A stretch of DNA of 20,131 bases. It comes from Gemmatimonadaceae bacterium (GTDB taxonomy: Bacteria > Gemmatimonadota > Gemmatimonadetes > Gemmatimonadales > Gemmatimonadaceae). The stretch spans positions 17,319 through 37,449 of the forward strand of contig JBBDYA010000013.1 of assembly GCA_040902005.1 (NCBI GenBank), written 5' to 3'. The translations under genes were made by a program, and so were the position numbers. How positions within the stretch are numbered: position 1 is the stretch's first letter; each line of letters begins with the position of its first letter. The notes beneath the pieces were generated by a model. It made no database searches. It was not told the DNA's origin and was given only the letters and a program-made list of their open reading frames with translations. Shown here one piece after another: positions 1 to 9,273 of the stretch.

Positions 1-26
1 CCCCCCCCCCCCCCCCCCCCCCCCCC
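1..26. repeat. Poly-C homopolymer (26 nt) at the window edge, probably a poly-G read-through artefact
   Basis: Positions 1-26 are all C, i.e. poly-G on the minus strand starting 2 nt after the stop codon of the 29..835 gene. Poly-G tails are a known artefact of two-colour Illumina chemistry. Confidence 0.8.
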
Positions 27-28
27 GC

Positions 29-835
29 TCAGCGCGGGCCGGCCGAGAACCGTGGCGAGAACGTCTTCACGGCGCGCACCAGATTGCGTCGCGAGTACTC
101 GCCCTGCGAGACCAGGGCCATGCGCTCCTCGCCGTCGAGCACCTCGCGCAGGATGTCCTGGTCCGATTGTCCGGCCGCGAGGCGGCGCTCCACCTCGCCG
201 ACGGTGTCCTGCAGCCAGGCGCGCTTGGCCTCCAGCGAGGCGACGGGATGGTCCACCAGCCCCCGGTGCGCGTCGAACATTCTCTCCGGGCGTAGCCCGA
301 TCGCCATCCCGAGACTCGCGATGATCTCATACGGATTCTCCCCGTAACCCATCACGCGCACCTTCACGCCGAGCCACAGGTCGCCGGAAATCAGCGTCGC
401 GGTTTCCGGGTCGAACACGATGTGATGATCCGCCGAATGGCCGGGGGTGGCGATGATCCGGAGCGGCCCGGGATCCAGACGCGCGTAGTCCTGCCGCAAC
501 GCGGGCGGCCGCCCCCACACCACGTGCCGGTAGAGCTTCACCTGTTCGCGCTCCCGGAGTTTCCGTTCGGTGAAATCGGCCATCCAGAGCGGCAGCCCGG
601 CGCGGGCGAGAGCGGGCGCGTTGCCGGCATGGTCCTCGTGCCAGTGGGTGACGATCGCGCCCCTCGGTTGCAGCGCGTGCACTGCGCGCACGAGCTCGTT
701 CGCCACCTGGGGGAATCCGGTGTCCACGAGCACGCCGCGCAGCAGGTATGCACTCACGTCGTACCCGGCCGCGCGCGTGCGCCAGGTCCACAGGCGCACA
801 CGGCGCACGTCGCGGAACTCGGTGATTTCCATCAT
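29..835 (-). CDS. MBL-fold metallo-hydrolase (LACTB2/glyoxalase II-like)
   Basis: LVDTG, THWHEDHAG (HxHxDH), TPGHS, SGD and a downstream DAH motif, which together give the MBL-fold metal ligands. Start is 835 or 832 (tandem ATG). Confidence 0.9.
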   Translation of the reverse strand: MMEITEFRDVRRVRLWTWRTRAAGYDVSAYLLRGVLVDTGFPQVANELVRAVHALQPRGAIVTHWHEDHAGNAPALARAGLPLWMADFTERKLREREQVKLYRHVVWGRPPALRQDYARLDPGPLRIIATPGHSADHHIVFDPETATLISGDLWLGVKVRVMGYGENPYEIIASLGMAIGLRPERMFDAHRGLVDHPVASLEAKRAWLQDTVGEVERRLAAGQSDQDILREVLDGEERMALVSQGEYSRRNLVRAVKTFSPRFSAGPR

Positions 836-854
836 GCGCGCGCGGATCGAGGTC

Positions 855-883
855 TGGACTGGTCTCGCACCGCAAGGTACAAT
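855..883 (+). promoter_or_regulatory. Sigma70-type promoter for greA
   Basis: TGGACT (855-860), a 17-bp spacer, then TACAAT (878-883), 74 nt upstream of the greA ATG. Confidence 0.65.
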
Positions 884-900
884 GCAGGAACACTCGTGTT

Positions 901-937
901 GGCGCCCGGCTCTGCGGAGTCGGGCGCTGCCATTTTC
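901..937 (+). terminator. Attenuator/terminator-like hairpin in the greA 5' leader
   Basis: 11-bp stem GCGCCCGGCTC (902-912) / GAGTCGGGCGC (917-927) with one G-U pair and a C(UGCG)G UNCG-type tetraloop, followed by an imperfect U tract TGCCATTTTC. Confidence 0.5.
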
Positions 938-957
938 AGGTCCCCGGTGGTCGTCCG

Positions 958-1440
958 ATGATCGAAGAACTCAAGCAAAAGCTCAGCGCCGAAGCGGAAA
1001 AGCTCCAGCATGAGTTGAACGTCACGCTGCCGAACGAGATTCGGAAGGCGGTGGAGCTGGGCGACCTGCGGGAGAACAGCGAATACAAGGCCGCCCTCGA
1101 GCGGCAGCAGTTCGTGCAGGCGCGCCTGGGACAGCTGCATCAGCGCCTGAGCAAGCTGTCGTCCATCGACGTGACGCAGATTCCGCCGGACAAGGTGGGG
1201 CTGGGCTCGCACGTGGTGGTGGAGGACGAGAAGACGCGCGACCGTGAGGCGTATCATCTGGTGTTCGGTGACGCGGTGGAGTTCGAGGAAGGGCACGTCA
1301 CCATGTCGTCGCCCATCGGCCGGACGCTGCTGAACAAGAAGGTGGGCGAGTCGTTCGTGCTCCGGCTCCCGACGGTGACGCGCACACTCCGGATCGTCGA
1401 GCTCCAGACGATCCACGACGACGTGGTCCCTAATCCCTGA
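958..1440 (+). CDS. greA: Transcription elongation factor GreA/GreB family
   Basis: N-terminal coiled coil with GDLRENSEYKAA (the acidic-finger D and E are intact) and a C-terminal SSPIGRTLL motif; 160 aa. Confidence 0.92.
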   Translation: MIEELKQKLSAEAEKLQHELNVTLPNEIRKAVELGDLRENSEYKAALERQQFVQARLGQLHQRLSKLSSIDVTQIPPDKVGLGSHVVVEDEKTRDREAYHLVFGDAVEFEEGHVTMSSPIGRTLLNKKVGESFVLRLPTVTRTLRIVELQTIHDDVVPNP

Positions 1441-3033
1441 TCACGGATCGATCGCGAACATTCTCGCGACGTCCAGGTCGTAGCGTTCCACGTCCGCCGC
1501 GGTCATTCCGAGAAAGGCGGCGACGGCGCGTGCCGCCGAGCGACCATTGTCCGGCGTTTCGAACGCGATGCGGGTGCGGCGGATGAGCAGGTCGCCCAGC
1601 GTGAACGCCAGCTCACGCTCCAGCGACCAGCGCATTTCGCCCATGCGGTATGGCAGCCCGTCCACGATCGCGGCGCCTGCGGCGTGGTCGCGTGCGCAGT
1701 ACGCCTGCACGTCGCGCCACGCGCTGCCGTAGCCCTGCACCAGCCGGTTCGCGAGCGACGCATCACCCGTCGCGCGCATCGCCTCCTTCACGGCCAGCGC
1801 GACGTCCACGTCCGCGCCGGGAAGCGGGCGCGTCCCCGTGTCGGCGCGCGACGTACGCATGCCGAGCATTTCCTGGGCGGCGTCCACCGCGTCGCGCGCC
1901 ATGACCCGGTAGGTGGTGAGCTTCCCGCCGGTGATGGTGACCGTGCCCTGGTCGTCGCGCACGATGGCGTGCTCGCGGGATGCCGCGACCGACGAGCCGC
2001 TCGTCGGCATCAGCGGGCGAATCCCCGCCCACGCCGCGATGACGTCGCCGGCCGCAAGCCGGGCGTCCGGAAAGAACAGGTTCGCCGCGCTCAACAGGTA
2101 CTCCACGTCCGCGCGGGAGGCCCGCACGTCGTCGGGCGGCACGTCGGTGAACGTGTCCGTCGTGCCGATGATGGTATGTACCCCCGCCGGCAGCGCGAAC
2201 ATCACCCGTCCGTCAGCGGGATGCAGCAGCGTGATTGCGTCCCGGTTGCCGACGCGTTCGCGGCGCACCGAGACATGCGTCCCCTTGCTCCCCTGGACGC
2301 GCGTGCGTTCCGCGGTGGCATCGCTCCCGCGCATCATGTCATTCCAGGGACCGGTGGCGTTGACCAGCAGCCGCGCCTGCGTACCCCCACCGATCTCCCG
2401 GCCGCTCAGCTCGTCCCGCAGCCGCACGATCCAGCCGCCGCCGCCCGCCGGCTCCGCGCGGACGAAGGCGACATAGTTCGCCACCACCGCGCCGAGCGCT
2501 TGCGCGTCCAGCGCGTTGGCGAGCGTGAGCCGGGAATCATCCGTGGCGGCGTCGAAGTATCGCACGCCTCCACGGAGGTCGGCCCGCTGCACGCGCGGCT
2601 CGTGGGCGAGCACATCGCGTGGCCGCAGCCGCTTGTACCGCGCCACGTTCCGGAAGAGCGAGAGCAGGTCGTAGAGCATCAGCCCGGCTGACAGCTTCCA
2701 GACGGACAGCCGTTGTCCCCGGTACACGGGCCAGGTGAAGGCGAGGGGGCGCACGAGATGCGGCGCCAGCCGGAGCAGCCGTCGCCGCTCCGCGCTGGCC
2801 TCGAAGACGAGATGCAGGTGGCCGTGCTCGAGGTAGCGAACGCCACCGTGCACGAGGCGCGACGACCGGCTGGAGGTGCCGCTGGCGAAATCTCCCTTGT
2901 CGATCAGGGCCACGCCGAGTCCGCGCAGGACGGCGTCGCGCGCGATGCCGGCCCCCGTGATCCCGCCGCCCACGACGAGCACGTCGAAGCGGCGCTGGGA
3001 GAGTGCTTCGAGCTGCGCAACACGGGAGGGCAT
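1441..3033 (-). CDS. glpD: FAD-dependent glycerol-3-phosphate dehydrogenase/oxidase
   Basis: DVLVVGGGITGAG FAD motif, DFASGTSSRSSRLVHGGVRYL, NATGPW, GTTD, GIRPL, SREH, GGKLTTYR and a C-terminal DLLIRRTR. Start moved to the ATG at 3033 (MPSRVAQ...) because the longer ORF overlaps fadI. Confidence 0.93.
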   Translation of the reverse strand: MPSRVAQLEALSQRRFDVLVVGGGITGAGIARDAVLRGLGVALIDKGDFASGTSSRSSRLVHGGVRYLEHGHLHLVFEASAERRRLLRLAPHLVRPLAFTWPVYRGQRLSVWKLSAGLMLYDLLSLFRNVARYKRLRPRDVLAHEPRVQRADLRGGVRYFDAATDDSRLTLANALDAQALGAVVANYVAFVRAEPAGGGGWIVRLRDELSGREIGGGTQARLLVNATGPWNDMMRGSDATAERTRVQGSKGTHVSVRRERVGNRDAITLLHPADGRVMFALPAGVHTIIGTTDTFTDVPPDDVRASRADVEYLLSAANLFFPDARLAAGDVIAAWAGIRPLMPTSGSSVAASREHAIVRDDQGTVTITGGKLTTYRVMARDAVDAAQEMLGMRTSRADTGTRPLPGADVDVALAVKEAMRATGDASLANRLVQGYGSAWRDVQAYCARDHAAGAAIVDGLPYRMGEMRWSLERELAFTLGDLLIRRTRIAFETPDNGRSAARAVAAFLGMTAADVERYDLDVARMFAIDP

Positions 3034-3038
3034 GCTCA

Positions 3039-3044
3039 AGGGTA
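3039..3044 (-). promoter_or_regulatory. Putative -10 element (TACCCT) of a leaderless glpD transcript
   Basis: TANNNT hexamer 5 nt upstream of the ATG at 3033, with no clear Shine-Dalgarno. Confidence 0.35.
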
Positions 3045-3086
3045 ACGGAGCGCAGAGCCGACAGCCCATATCGCATGGCCCGTTTG

Positions 3087-3095
3087 TGATAGCTT
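3087..3095 (+). promoter_or_regulatory. Extended -10 element (TGa-TAGCTT) of a leaderless fadI transcript
   Basis: TGnTANNNT ending 6 nt (CCACCC) before the ATG at 3102, with no purine-rich SD. Confidence 0.5.
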
Positions 3096-3101
3096 CCACC
3101 C

Positions 3102-4403
3102 ATGCCCCCGTTCGGAACCAACGGCCGCCGCGTGGCAATCGTCGCCGGCGTGCGCACCCCGTTCGCGAAATCGGGTACCGCACTCAAGGGACTCACGGCC
3201 ATAGAGCTGGGCAAGCTGTGCGTCGCGGAGTTGCTGCAGCGCACCGAGTTGGATGGCCACGAGGTGAACGCGATCGTCTACGGCACGGTCGTTCCGTCGG
3301 TGATCGCGCCCAACATCGCGCGTGAGGTCTCGCTGCTTCCCATCCTGCCGAAGGGCGTGCAGGCGTTCAGCGTGAGCCGCGCGTGCGCGTCCGCGAATCA
3401 GGCGATCACGGACGCCGCGGATCAGATCGTGCTGGGGCACGCCGATGTGGCGATCGCCGGCGGCGCCGAGTCGCTGTCGAACGTTCCGATCCTGCACTCG
3501 CGCACGATGTCCGAGAAGCTCGTCGCACTGTCGCGCGCGAAGTCGCTGTCGCAGCGGCTCGCGATCGCCGGCTCCATTCGCCCGAAGGACCTGATCCCGA
3601 TCACGCCGGCGATCGCGGAGCCGTCCACCGGCGAAACGATGGGACAGAGCGCCGAGAAGATGGCGAAGATCAACGGCATTCCGCGTGAGGAGCAGGACCA
3701 GTTCGCGCTGCGCTCGCACCGGCTGGCGGCGGTGGGGCTGGAGGACGGCCGCCTGACCGCGGAGATCGCGCCGGTCTGGGTGCCGCCGGCATTCGAGGAG
3801 GCGCTCGTCGCCGACAACGGGGTGCGCCGCGACACGGACATCGAGCGGTTGCGAACGCTCAAGCCGGTGTTCGACCGGAAGTACGGCACGGTCACGGCGG
3901 GGAACGCGTCGCCCCTCACCGACGGCGGCAGCGCGGTGCTGCTCATGTCCGAGGACAAGGTGCGCGCGCTCGGGTACAAGCCGCTCGCCTACATCCGGTC
4001 GTATGCATACGCCGCGCTCGACCCCGGCGAGCAGCTGCTCATGGGTCCCGTGCTGGCGGCGCCCGTCGCGCTGGCGCGCGCCGGCCTTGGCCTGGCGGAC
4101 ATGGATCTCGTGGAGATGCACGAGGCCTTCGCCGCGCAGGTGCTGTGCAACATCAAGGGACTGGCGTCGCGTGAGTGGGCCGCTCGCGCGGGGTTCGACA
4201 CGCCGGTCGGTGAGGTGGACCGGTCGAGGCTGAACGTGATGGGCGGATCCATCGCGATCGGGCACCCGTTTGGCGCGACCGGCGGCCGGATCCTCACCAC
4301 GCTGTGCAACGAGCTGGCGCGCCGCGGCGGCCAGTTCGGGCTCATGACCGTGTGCGCGGCCGGCGGCATGGGACACGCGATGGTCGTAGAGCGGGTCGAA
4401 TGA
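3102..4403 (+). CDS. fadI: Acetyl-CoA C-acyltransferase (3-ketoacyl-CoA thiolase, FadI type)
   Basis: RTPFAK, SRACAS (catalytic Cys), HEAF, GGSIAIGHPFGATG and CAAGG thiolase motifs; directly upstream of a fadJ-like gene. Confidence 0.93.
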   Translation: MPPFGTNGRRVAIVAGVRTPFAKSGTALKGLTAIELGKLCVAELLQRTELDGHEVNAIVYGTVVPSVIAPNIAREVSLLPILPKGVQAFSVSRACASANQAITDAADQIVLGHADVAIAGGAESLSNVPILHSRTMSEKLVALSRAKSLSQRLAIAGSIRPKDLIPITPAIAEPSTGETMGQSAEKMAKINGIPREEQDQFALRSHRLAAVGLEDGRLTAEIAPVWVPPAFEEALVADNGVRRDTDIERLRTLKPVFDRKYGTVTAGNASPLTDGGSAVLLMSEDKVRALGYKPLAYIRSYAYAALDPGEQLLMGPVLAAPVALARAGLGLADMDLVEMHEAFAAQVLCNIKGLASREWAARAGFDTPVGEVDRSRLNVMGGSIAIGHPFGATGGRILTTLCNELARRGGQFGLMTVCAAGGMGHAMVVERVE

Positions 4404-6616
4404 CGACCGCGTCGGCGGGATCGCTCCGGCAGGAGAATCGCGAGGGCGTGCTCGTCGTGACGCTCGACCAGCCGGACGACACGGTCAACAAGGTCGATCG
4501 TTCGCTCGGTGCCGACCTCGAGGCGATGCTTCAGTCCACGGACCGCGATCGCACCGTGCGCGCGATCGTCATCGCGAGCGGCAAGCCGGACATCTTCATC
4601 GCCGGCGCCGACATCGAGCAGTTCCTGGACTTCCGCTCCGAGCGCGATGCGGAGAACGCCAGCAGGTTCGGACAGCGGCTGCTCACGCTGTTGGAGCGGT
4701 CGCGCATTCCGGTCGTCGCGGCGATCCACGGCGCGTGCCTCGGCGGAGGGCTGGAGCTGGCACTGGCATGTCGCTACCGGATCTGTACGGACCATCCCAC
4801 GACCGTGCTGGGTCTTCCCGAGGTGCAGCTCGGCCTCATTCCGGGCATGGGCGGCACGCAACGACTGCCGCGGCTCGTGGGCGCGCGCAACGCGCTCGAC
4901 ATGATTCTCACTGGCCGGAACGTGCGCGCAAAGAAGGCGCTCACCATGGGGCTCGTGGACGAGATGGTGCATCCGGCCAGCCTGCTCGAGCTGGGCGTGC
5001 AACGGGCGACCGAGCTGGCGGACGGATCGCGGGCGCCGAACCGAAGGAGGGGCGGCGCGAAGGGTATCGCGGGGGCCGCGCTGGACGGCAATCCGCTCGG
5101 GCGCATGGTGGTGTACAGGAAGGCGCGCGAGGGAGTCATCGAGAAAACGCACGGCCACTACCCCGCGCCGCTGGCCGCGATCGACGTGGTGAAATACGGA
5201 CTCGCGCACGGCATGGAGAAGGGGCTCGCGGAAGAAGCACGCGTCTTCGGCCAGATGGCGCTCACGCCTGTGTCTCGCGAACTGGTGTTCCTCTTTTTCG
5301 CCACCACGGCGCTCAAGAAGGACATGGGCGTGTCCGCACCGGCGCCCGAGCCCACGCCCGTGGACAAACTGGTGGTGGTCGGGGCCGGCTTCATGGGCGC
5401 CGGCATCACGAGCGTCGCCGTGCAGCAGGGCACGCTGGTGCGCCTCAAGGACACGGATGCGTCGCGCGTGGGCAAGGGACTCGCCGCCGTGCGCGCCGTG
5501 CTGACGGAGCGGCTCGCGCGCCGGCAGATCACGCGGCAGCAGTTCGACGACATGATGTCGCTCGTTGGCGGCACCACCGAGTATTCCGGGCTCGGTAACG
5601 CGGACCTCGTGATCGAGGCCGTCTTCGAGGATCTCGCGCTCAAGCACAGCGTCCTCCAGGTGACCGAGCAGCTGATTGCGCCAGACGCGGTGATCGCCTC
5701 CAACACCAGCACGATTCCCATCGGGGAGATCGCGCGCGGGCTTGAGCGGCGCGACCGCGTGCTCGGCATGCACTTCTTTTCCCCGGTGCACAAGATGCCG
5801 CTGCTCGAGGTGATCGTGACACCGGAGACGGCGCCGGATGCCACGGTCACGGCCGTTTCGTTCGGCCGCAAGCTGGGCAAGACGGTGATTGTCGTGAACG
5901 ACGGGCCGGGGTTCTACACCACGCGGATTCTCGCCGCGTACATGAACGAGGCGGGGCGGTTGCTGGATCAGGGGGTGGCCATCGACGCGCTGGATCGCGC
6001 GCTCGTGGAGTTCGGCTTTCCCGTGGGACCGATTACGCTGATGGACGAAGTGGGGCTCGACGTGGGCGGCAAGGTGGGACTCGTGATGGCGGAGTCCTTC
6101 GGGACGCGCATGATGCCCGGCGAGGGGGTTCGGCGAGTCGTCGAATCCGGTCGCACAGGGCGCAAGGGGCGCAGCGGGTTCTATCGGTATGACGAACAGG
6201 GAAAGAAGCAGGGGGTGGACGCCTCGGTGTACCAGATCATCCACGACGGCGACCGGCGCGCGATTCCGCAGGCGATTGGGGGTGGGGGGGGAAAGGGGCC
6301 CGTCAACGGCATCGACAGCACGGAGATGGTGGATCGCTGCGTGCTGGCCATGCTGAACGAGGCCGCGCGCTGTCTGGAGGAGGGGATTCTGCGGTCCCCG
6401 CGCGACGGCGACATCGGAGCGGTGTTCGGCCTCGGGTTCCCGCCATTCAGGGGCGGGCCCTTCCGGTACATGGACGCCGTGGGCGTCGCCGAAATCGTTC
6501 GCCGCATGGAACGCCTGGAGGACCGCTTCGCGGAACGATTCACTCCGGCGGCGCTGCTCGCCGACATGGCGCGCGGTGAGAACCGGTTCTACTCCAGGGA
6601 GGGCAGGCCCGCGTGA
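4400..6616 (+). CDS. fadJ: Fatty acid oxidation complex subunit alpha (enoyl-CoA hydratase / 3-hydroxyacyl-CoA dehydrogenase)
   Basis: Crotonase domain (FIAGADI, CLGGGLE, GLPEVQLGLIPG) followed by a HACD domain (GAGFMG, EAVFE, SNTS, GMHFFSPV, GFPPFRGGPF). Start at 4400 through an ATGA overlap with the fadI stop. Confidence 0.93.
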   Translation: MTTASAGSLRQENREGVLVVTLDQPDDTVNKVDRSLGADLEAMLQSTDRDRTVRAIVIASGKPDIFIAGADIEQFLDFRSERDAENASRFGQRLLTLLERSRIPVVAAIHGACLGGGLELALACRYRICTDHPTTVLGLPEVQLGLIPGMGGTQRLPRLVGARNALDMILTGRNVRAKKALTMGLVDEMVHPASLLELGVQRATELADGSRAPNRRRGGAKGIAGAALDGNPLGRMVVYRKAREGVIEKTHGHYPAPLAAIDVVKYGLAHGMEKGLAEEARVFGQMALTPVSRELVFLFFATTALKKDMGVSAPAPEPTPVDKLVVVGAGFMGAGITSVAVQQGTLVRLKDTDASRVGKGLAAVRAVLTERLARRQITRQQFDDMMSLVGGTTEYSGLGNADLVIEAVFEDLALKHSVLQVTEQLIAPDAVIASNTSTIPIGEIARGLERRDRVLGMHFFSPVHKMPLLEVIVTPETAPDATVTAVSFGRKLGKTVIVVNDGPGFYTTRILAAYMNEAGRLLDQGVAIDALDRALVEFGFPVGPITLMDEVGLDVGGKVGLVMAESFGTRMMPGEGVRRVVESGRTGRKGRSGFYRYDEQGKKQGVDASVYQIIHDGDRRAIPQAIGGGGGKGPVNGIDSTEMVDRCVLAMLNEAARCLEEGILRSPRDGDIGAVFGLGFPPFRGGPFRYMDAVGVAEIVRRMERLEDRFAERFTPAALLADMARGENRFYSREGRPA

Positions 6617-8304
6617 GGCACCGCGTGGCGGCACTCATGGTCCTGGGCGCGGTGCTGGCGTGCGCCGGGACGGGCGCGCCGCGCACGCCGGGCGGACCGC
6701 AACCGATTTCCGCGTATCCGCCGCGCAACCTCCAGAGTCGCAGTCCGCTCACGCGCGCGGAGCGCACGGGGTTCACCGAGACTTCCACGCATGCGGACGT
6801 CGTCGCGTTCGTGGACTCGCTCGCCGTCCTCAGCAACGAGATGCACGTCACGACGTTCGGGCGCTCGGCGGGCGGCAAGGCGCTTCCGCTGGTAGTGCTG
6901 TCGCGCCCCGCCGTTCGCACGGCGGCCGAGGCGAAGCGGATGAACCGCCCGATCGTGTACGTGCAGGCCAACATCCACGGCGGCGAGGTGGAGGGCAAGG
7001 AGGCGCTGCTGGCGCTGCTGCGCGACCTTGCGCGCGACCGCTACCAGAACGTGCTGGACTCGATCGTGCTGCTCGCGGTGCCGATCTACAACGCCGATGG
7101 CAACGACGCGATGGCGCCGCAGGAACGGAACCGGCGCTCCCAGCAGGGGCCGGCCCTCATCGGCGAGCGCCCGAACGGGCAGGGGCTGGATCTCAATCGC
7201 GATTACATCAAGGCGGAGGCGCCGGAGACGCGCGCATCGCTGGATCTCTTTCGCGAGTGGGATCCGGACGTCCTGGTGGACCTGCACACGACGAACGGCA
7301 GCTATCACGGCTATGCGCTCACCTGGGCACCGCCGCTCAATCCCGCGGCGACATTCACCGGGCCGTTCACGCGCGACACGATTCTGCCGGCGTTGCGCGC
7401 CGTACTGCGCCGCACGTTGCGCGTGGAAACGTTCCCGTACGGCAACTTCATGTCGCAGGACTCGGCGGCGCGCGGCTGGTTCACGTATGATCACCGCCCC
7501 CGGTTCGGCACCAACTACTATGGATTGCGCGGCCGCATCGCCATCCTGTCGGAAGCCTACTCGCACGATCCATTCGAGCGGCGCGTCGCCAGCACCTACG
7601 GGTTCGTGATGGAGCTTCTGTCCCTGGTGGCACGCAACGCGGACGCCATCGTGGAAGCCGGACGCGAGGCGGATCGCCGCACGATTGCGTTCGCGTTCAC
7701 GATGAACGCGTCGCCACCGCTGGCCATCCGCTCGCGCATCACGCAGACGCCGCGCATGGACGACGTGCTGGTGGAGGAGATCGTTCGCACGGGCGACAGT
7801 ACGCGCCACGAAGCAGGCATGCCGCCGGGCGTGCGCCGCACCGGGACGATGCGACAGACGAGGCTACCGGTGTTCGATCGCTTCGATCCGTGGCTCGTGC
7901 AGACCGTGCCCTACGCCTGGGTGTTCCCCGGGGAGCACACGGCGATCGTGGAGGCGCTGCGCCGGCACGGCGTGTTCGTCGAACGGCTGCTGGAACGGGT
8001 CACGCTGCCGGTCGAGGCATTCACGGTCGATTCGGTCGCGCGCGCCGCGCGCCCGTTCCAGGGTCACCAGGAGGTGCGGCTGGAGGGCCGATGGGCGAGC
8101 GCGCCGCTCGTGCTGGATTCAGGCAGCTTCGTGGTGCGGGGTGGGCAGCCACTCGGCGTTGTCGCGCTGTACCTCCTGGACCCGCAAAGCGACGACGGCT
8201 ACGCGACCTGGAACCAGTTCGATCCCTGGCTGAGCGAAGGCGCGCGCTTTCCCGTCGCGCGCGTGCCGGGACAGTTCACGTCCCGACTCATCCGGGTGCC
8301 GTAG
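6613..8304 (+). CDS. M14 family zinc carboxypeptidase-like protein, exported (possible lipoprotein)
   Basis: NIHGGE (HxxE), NADG, DLNRD and VDLH motifs. N-terminal hydrophobic segment ending VLAC. GTG start overlaps the fadJ stop (GTGA). Confidence 0.85.
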   Translation: MRHRVAALMVLGAVLACAGTGAPRTPGGPQPISAYPPRNLQSRSPLTRAERTGFTETSTHADVVAFVDSLAVLSNEMHVTTFGRSAGGKALPLVVLSRPAVRTAAEAKRMNRPIVYVQANIHGGEVEGKEALLALLRDLARDRYQNVLDSIVLLAVPIYNADGNDAMAPQERNRRSQQGPALIGERPNGQGLDLNRDYIKAEAPETRASLDLFREWDPDVLVDLHTTNGSYHGYALTWAPPLNPAATFTGPFTRDTILPALRAVLRRTLRVETFPYGNFMSQDSAARGWFTYDHRPRFGTNYYGLRGRIAILSEAYSHDPFERRVASTYGFVMELLSLVARNADAIVEAGREADRRTIAFAFTMNASPPLAIRSRITQTPRMDDVLVEEIVRTGDSTRHEAGMPPGVRRTGTMRQTRLPVFDRFDPWLVQTVPYAWVFPGEHTAIVEALRRHGVFVERLLERVTLPVEAFTVDSVARAARPFQGHQEVRLEGRWASAPLVLDSGSFVVRGGQPLGVVALYLLDPQSDDGYATWNQFDPWLSEGARFPVARVPGQFTSRLIRVP

Positions 8305-8310
8305 CCCCGG

Positions 8311-9273
8311 ATGCTCCGTTCGCTGCTGCTGTATCTGTCGAACCAACCGCGGATCTTCCGGTTCGTGCGCAACAATGCGCTGGCCAAGGGGTTCGCGCGG
8401 CGGTTCGTGGCCGGTGAAACGCTGGACGACGCGATCGCCGCCGTTCGGTCGCTCAACGCGATCGGGATCACGGCATCGCTCGACGAGCTGGGCGAGAGCG
8501 TGACCAACGAGCGCGAGGCGCGCGCGACCCGGGACACCTACCGCGGGATTCTCGATCGCATCGCCGCCTCCGGCCTGAACGCGAACGTCTCGGTCAAGCT
8601 CACGGCGCTGGGGCTCGACATCTCCGAGGAGCTGTGCGTCACGCTGATGCAGGATGTGCTCGAGCGCGCACGGCAGCACGGGACGTTCGTCCGCATCGAC
8701 ATGGAGTCGAGCGCGTACACCGACCGCACGCTGCGGCTGTTCGAAGACCGCTTCTATCCCTCCTATCGGGAGCACGTCGGCATCGTGCTCCAGAGCTACC
8801 TGTTTCGGACCTGGTCGGACGTGGAGCGGGCCGTGGAACTCCAGTGCCGCGTGCGGCTCTGCAAGGGCGCGTACAAGGAGCCTCCCACGGTGGCGTTTCC
8901 AGACAAGCAGGACGTGGATGCGTGCTACGGGAAGTGCATGCGCGTGCTCATGGAGAACGGCAACTACACCGGGCTCGCCACGCACGACGAGGCACTGATC
9001 GCCGACGCCAAGCGGTGCGCGAAGGAGCGCGCGATCGCCGCCGACCGTTTCGAGTTCCAGATGCTGTACGGCGTGCGCCGGGACCTGCAGCAGGCGCTGG
9101 TGGACGAAGGATGGCGGATGCGCGTCTACGTTCCCTTCGGCACGCAGTGGTATCCATATCTGATGCGCCGGCTCGCGGAGCGTCCCGCGAACTTCCTGTT
9201 TCTCACCGGCAGCCTGCTGCGCGAGATGTTCTCGCGTCGAAAGCGGCTTCCCCGGGCGCAGGGCCCCGGCTGA
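8311..9273 (+). CDS. Monofunctional proline dehydrogenase
   Basis: RFVAGE, SVKLTALG, RIDME, RLCKGAY, ATHD, EFQMLYG, YVPFG and YLMRRLAERPAN motifs; no P5C dehydrogenase domain. Confidence 0.93.
   Translation: MLRSLLLYLSNQPRIFRFVRNNALAKGFARRFVAGETLDDAIAAVRSLNAIGITASLDELGESVTNEREARATRDTYRGILDRIAASGLNANVSVKLTALGLDISEELCVTLMQDVLERARQHGTFVRIDMESSAYTDRTLRLFEDRFYPSYREHVGIVLQSYLFRTWSDVERAVELQCRVRLCKGAYKEPPTVAFPDKQDVDACYGKCMRVLMENGNYTGLATHDEALIADAKRCAKERAIAADRFEFQMLYGVRRDLQQALVDEGWRMRVYVPFGTQWYPYLMRRLAERPANFLFLTGSLLREMFSRRKRLPRAQGPG

Noticed and set aside
1..26. Poly-C tract as a biological element
   Set aside because: It sits at the extreme edge of the window and corresponds to minus-strand poly-G, a common sequencing or assembly artefact.
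29..835. MBL-fold gene and class A-like gene as antibiotic-resistance beta-lactamases
   Set aside because: Neither has a signal peptide, and both motif sets fit the broad hydrolase superfamilies rather than recognised resistance enzymes.
6278..6298. G-rich tract in fadJ (G5-T-G8-AAA-G4) as a phase-variation or G-quadruplex site; also C8 at 14844-14851 and C9 at 18996-19004
   Set aside because: All are in frame and explained by Gly codons in intact genes, with no frameshift evidence in this sequence.
3989..6634. 881-aa antisense ORF and the other long shadow ORFs (e.g. 3036..4376, 6589..7809, 13624..14532, 15628..16605)
   Set aside because: They lie opposite well-supported genes, have no recognisable motifs, and are expected from stop-codon scarcity in GC-rich DNA.
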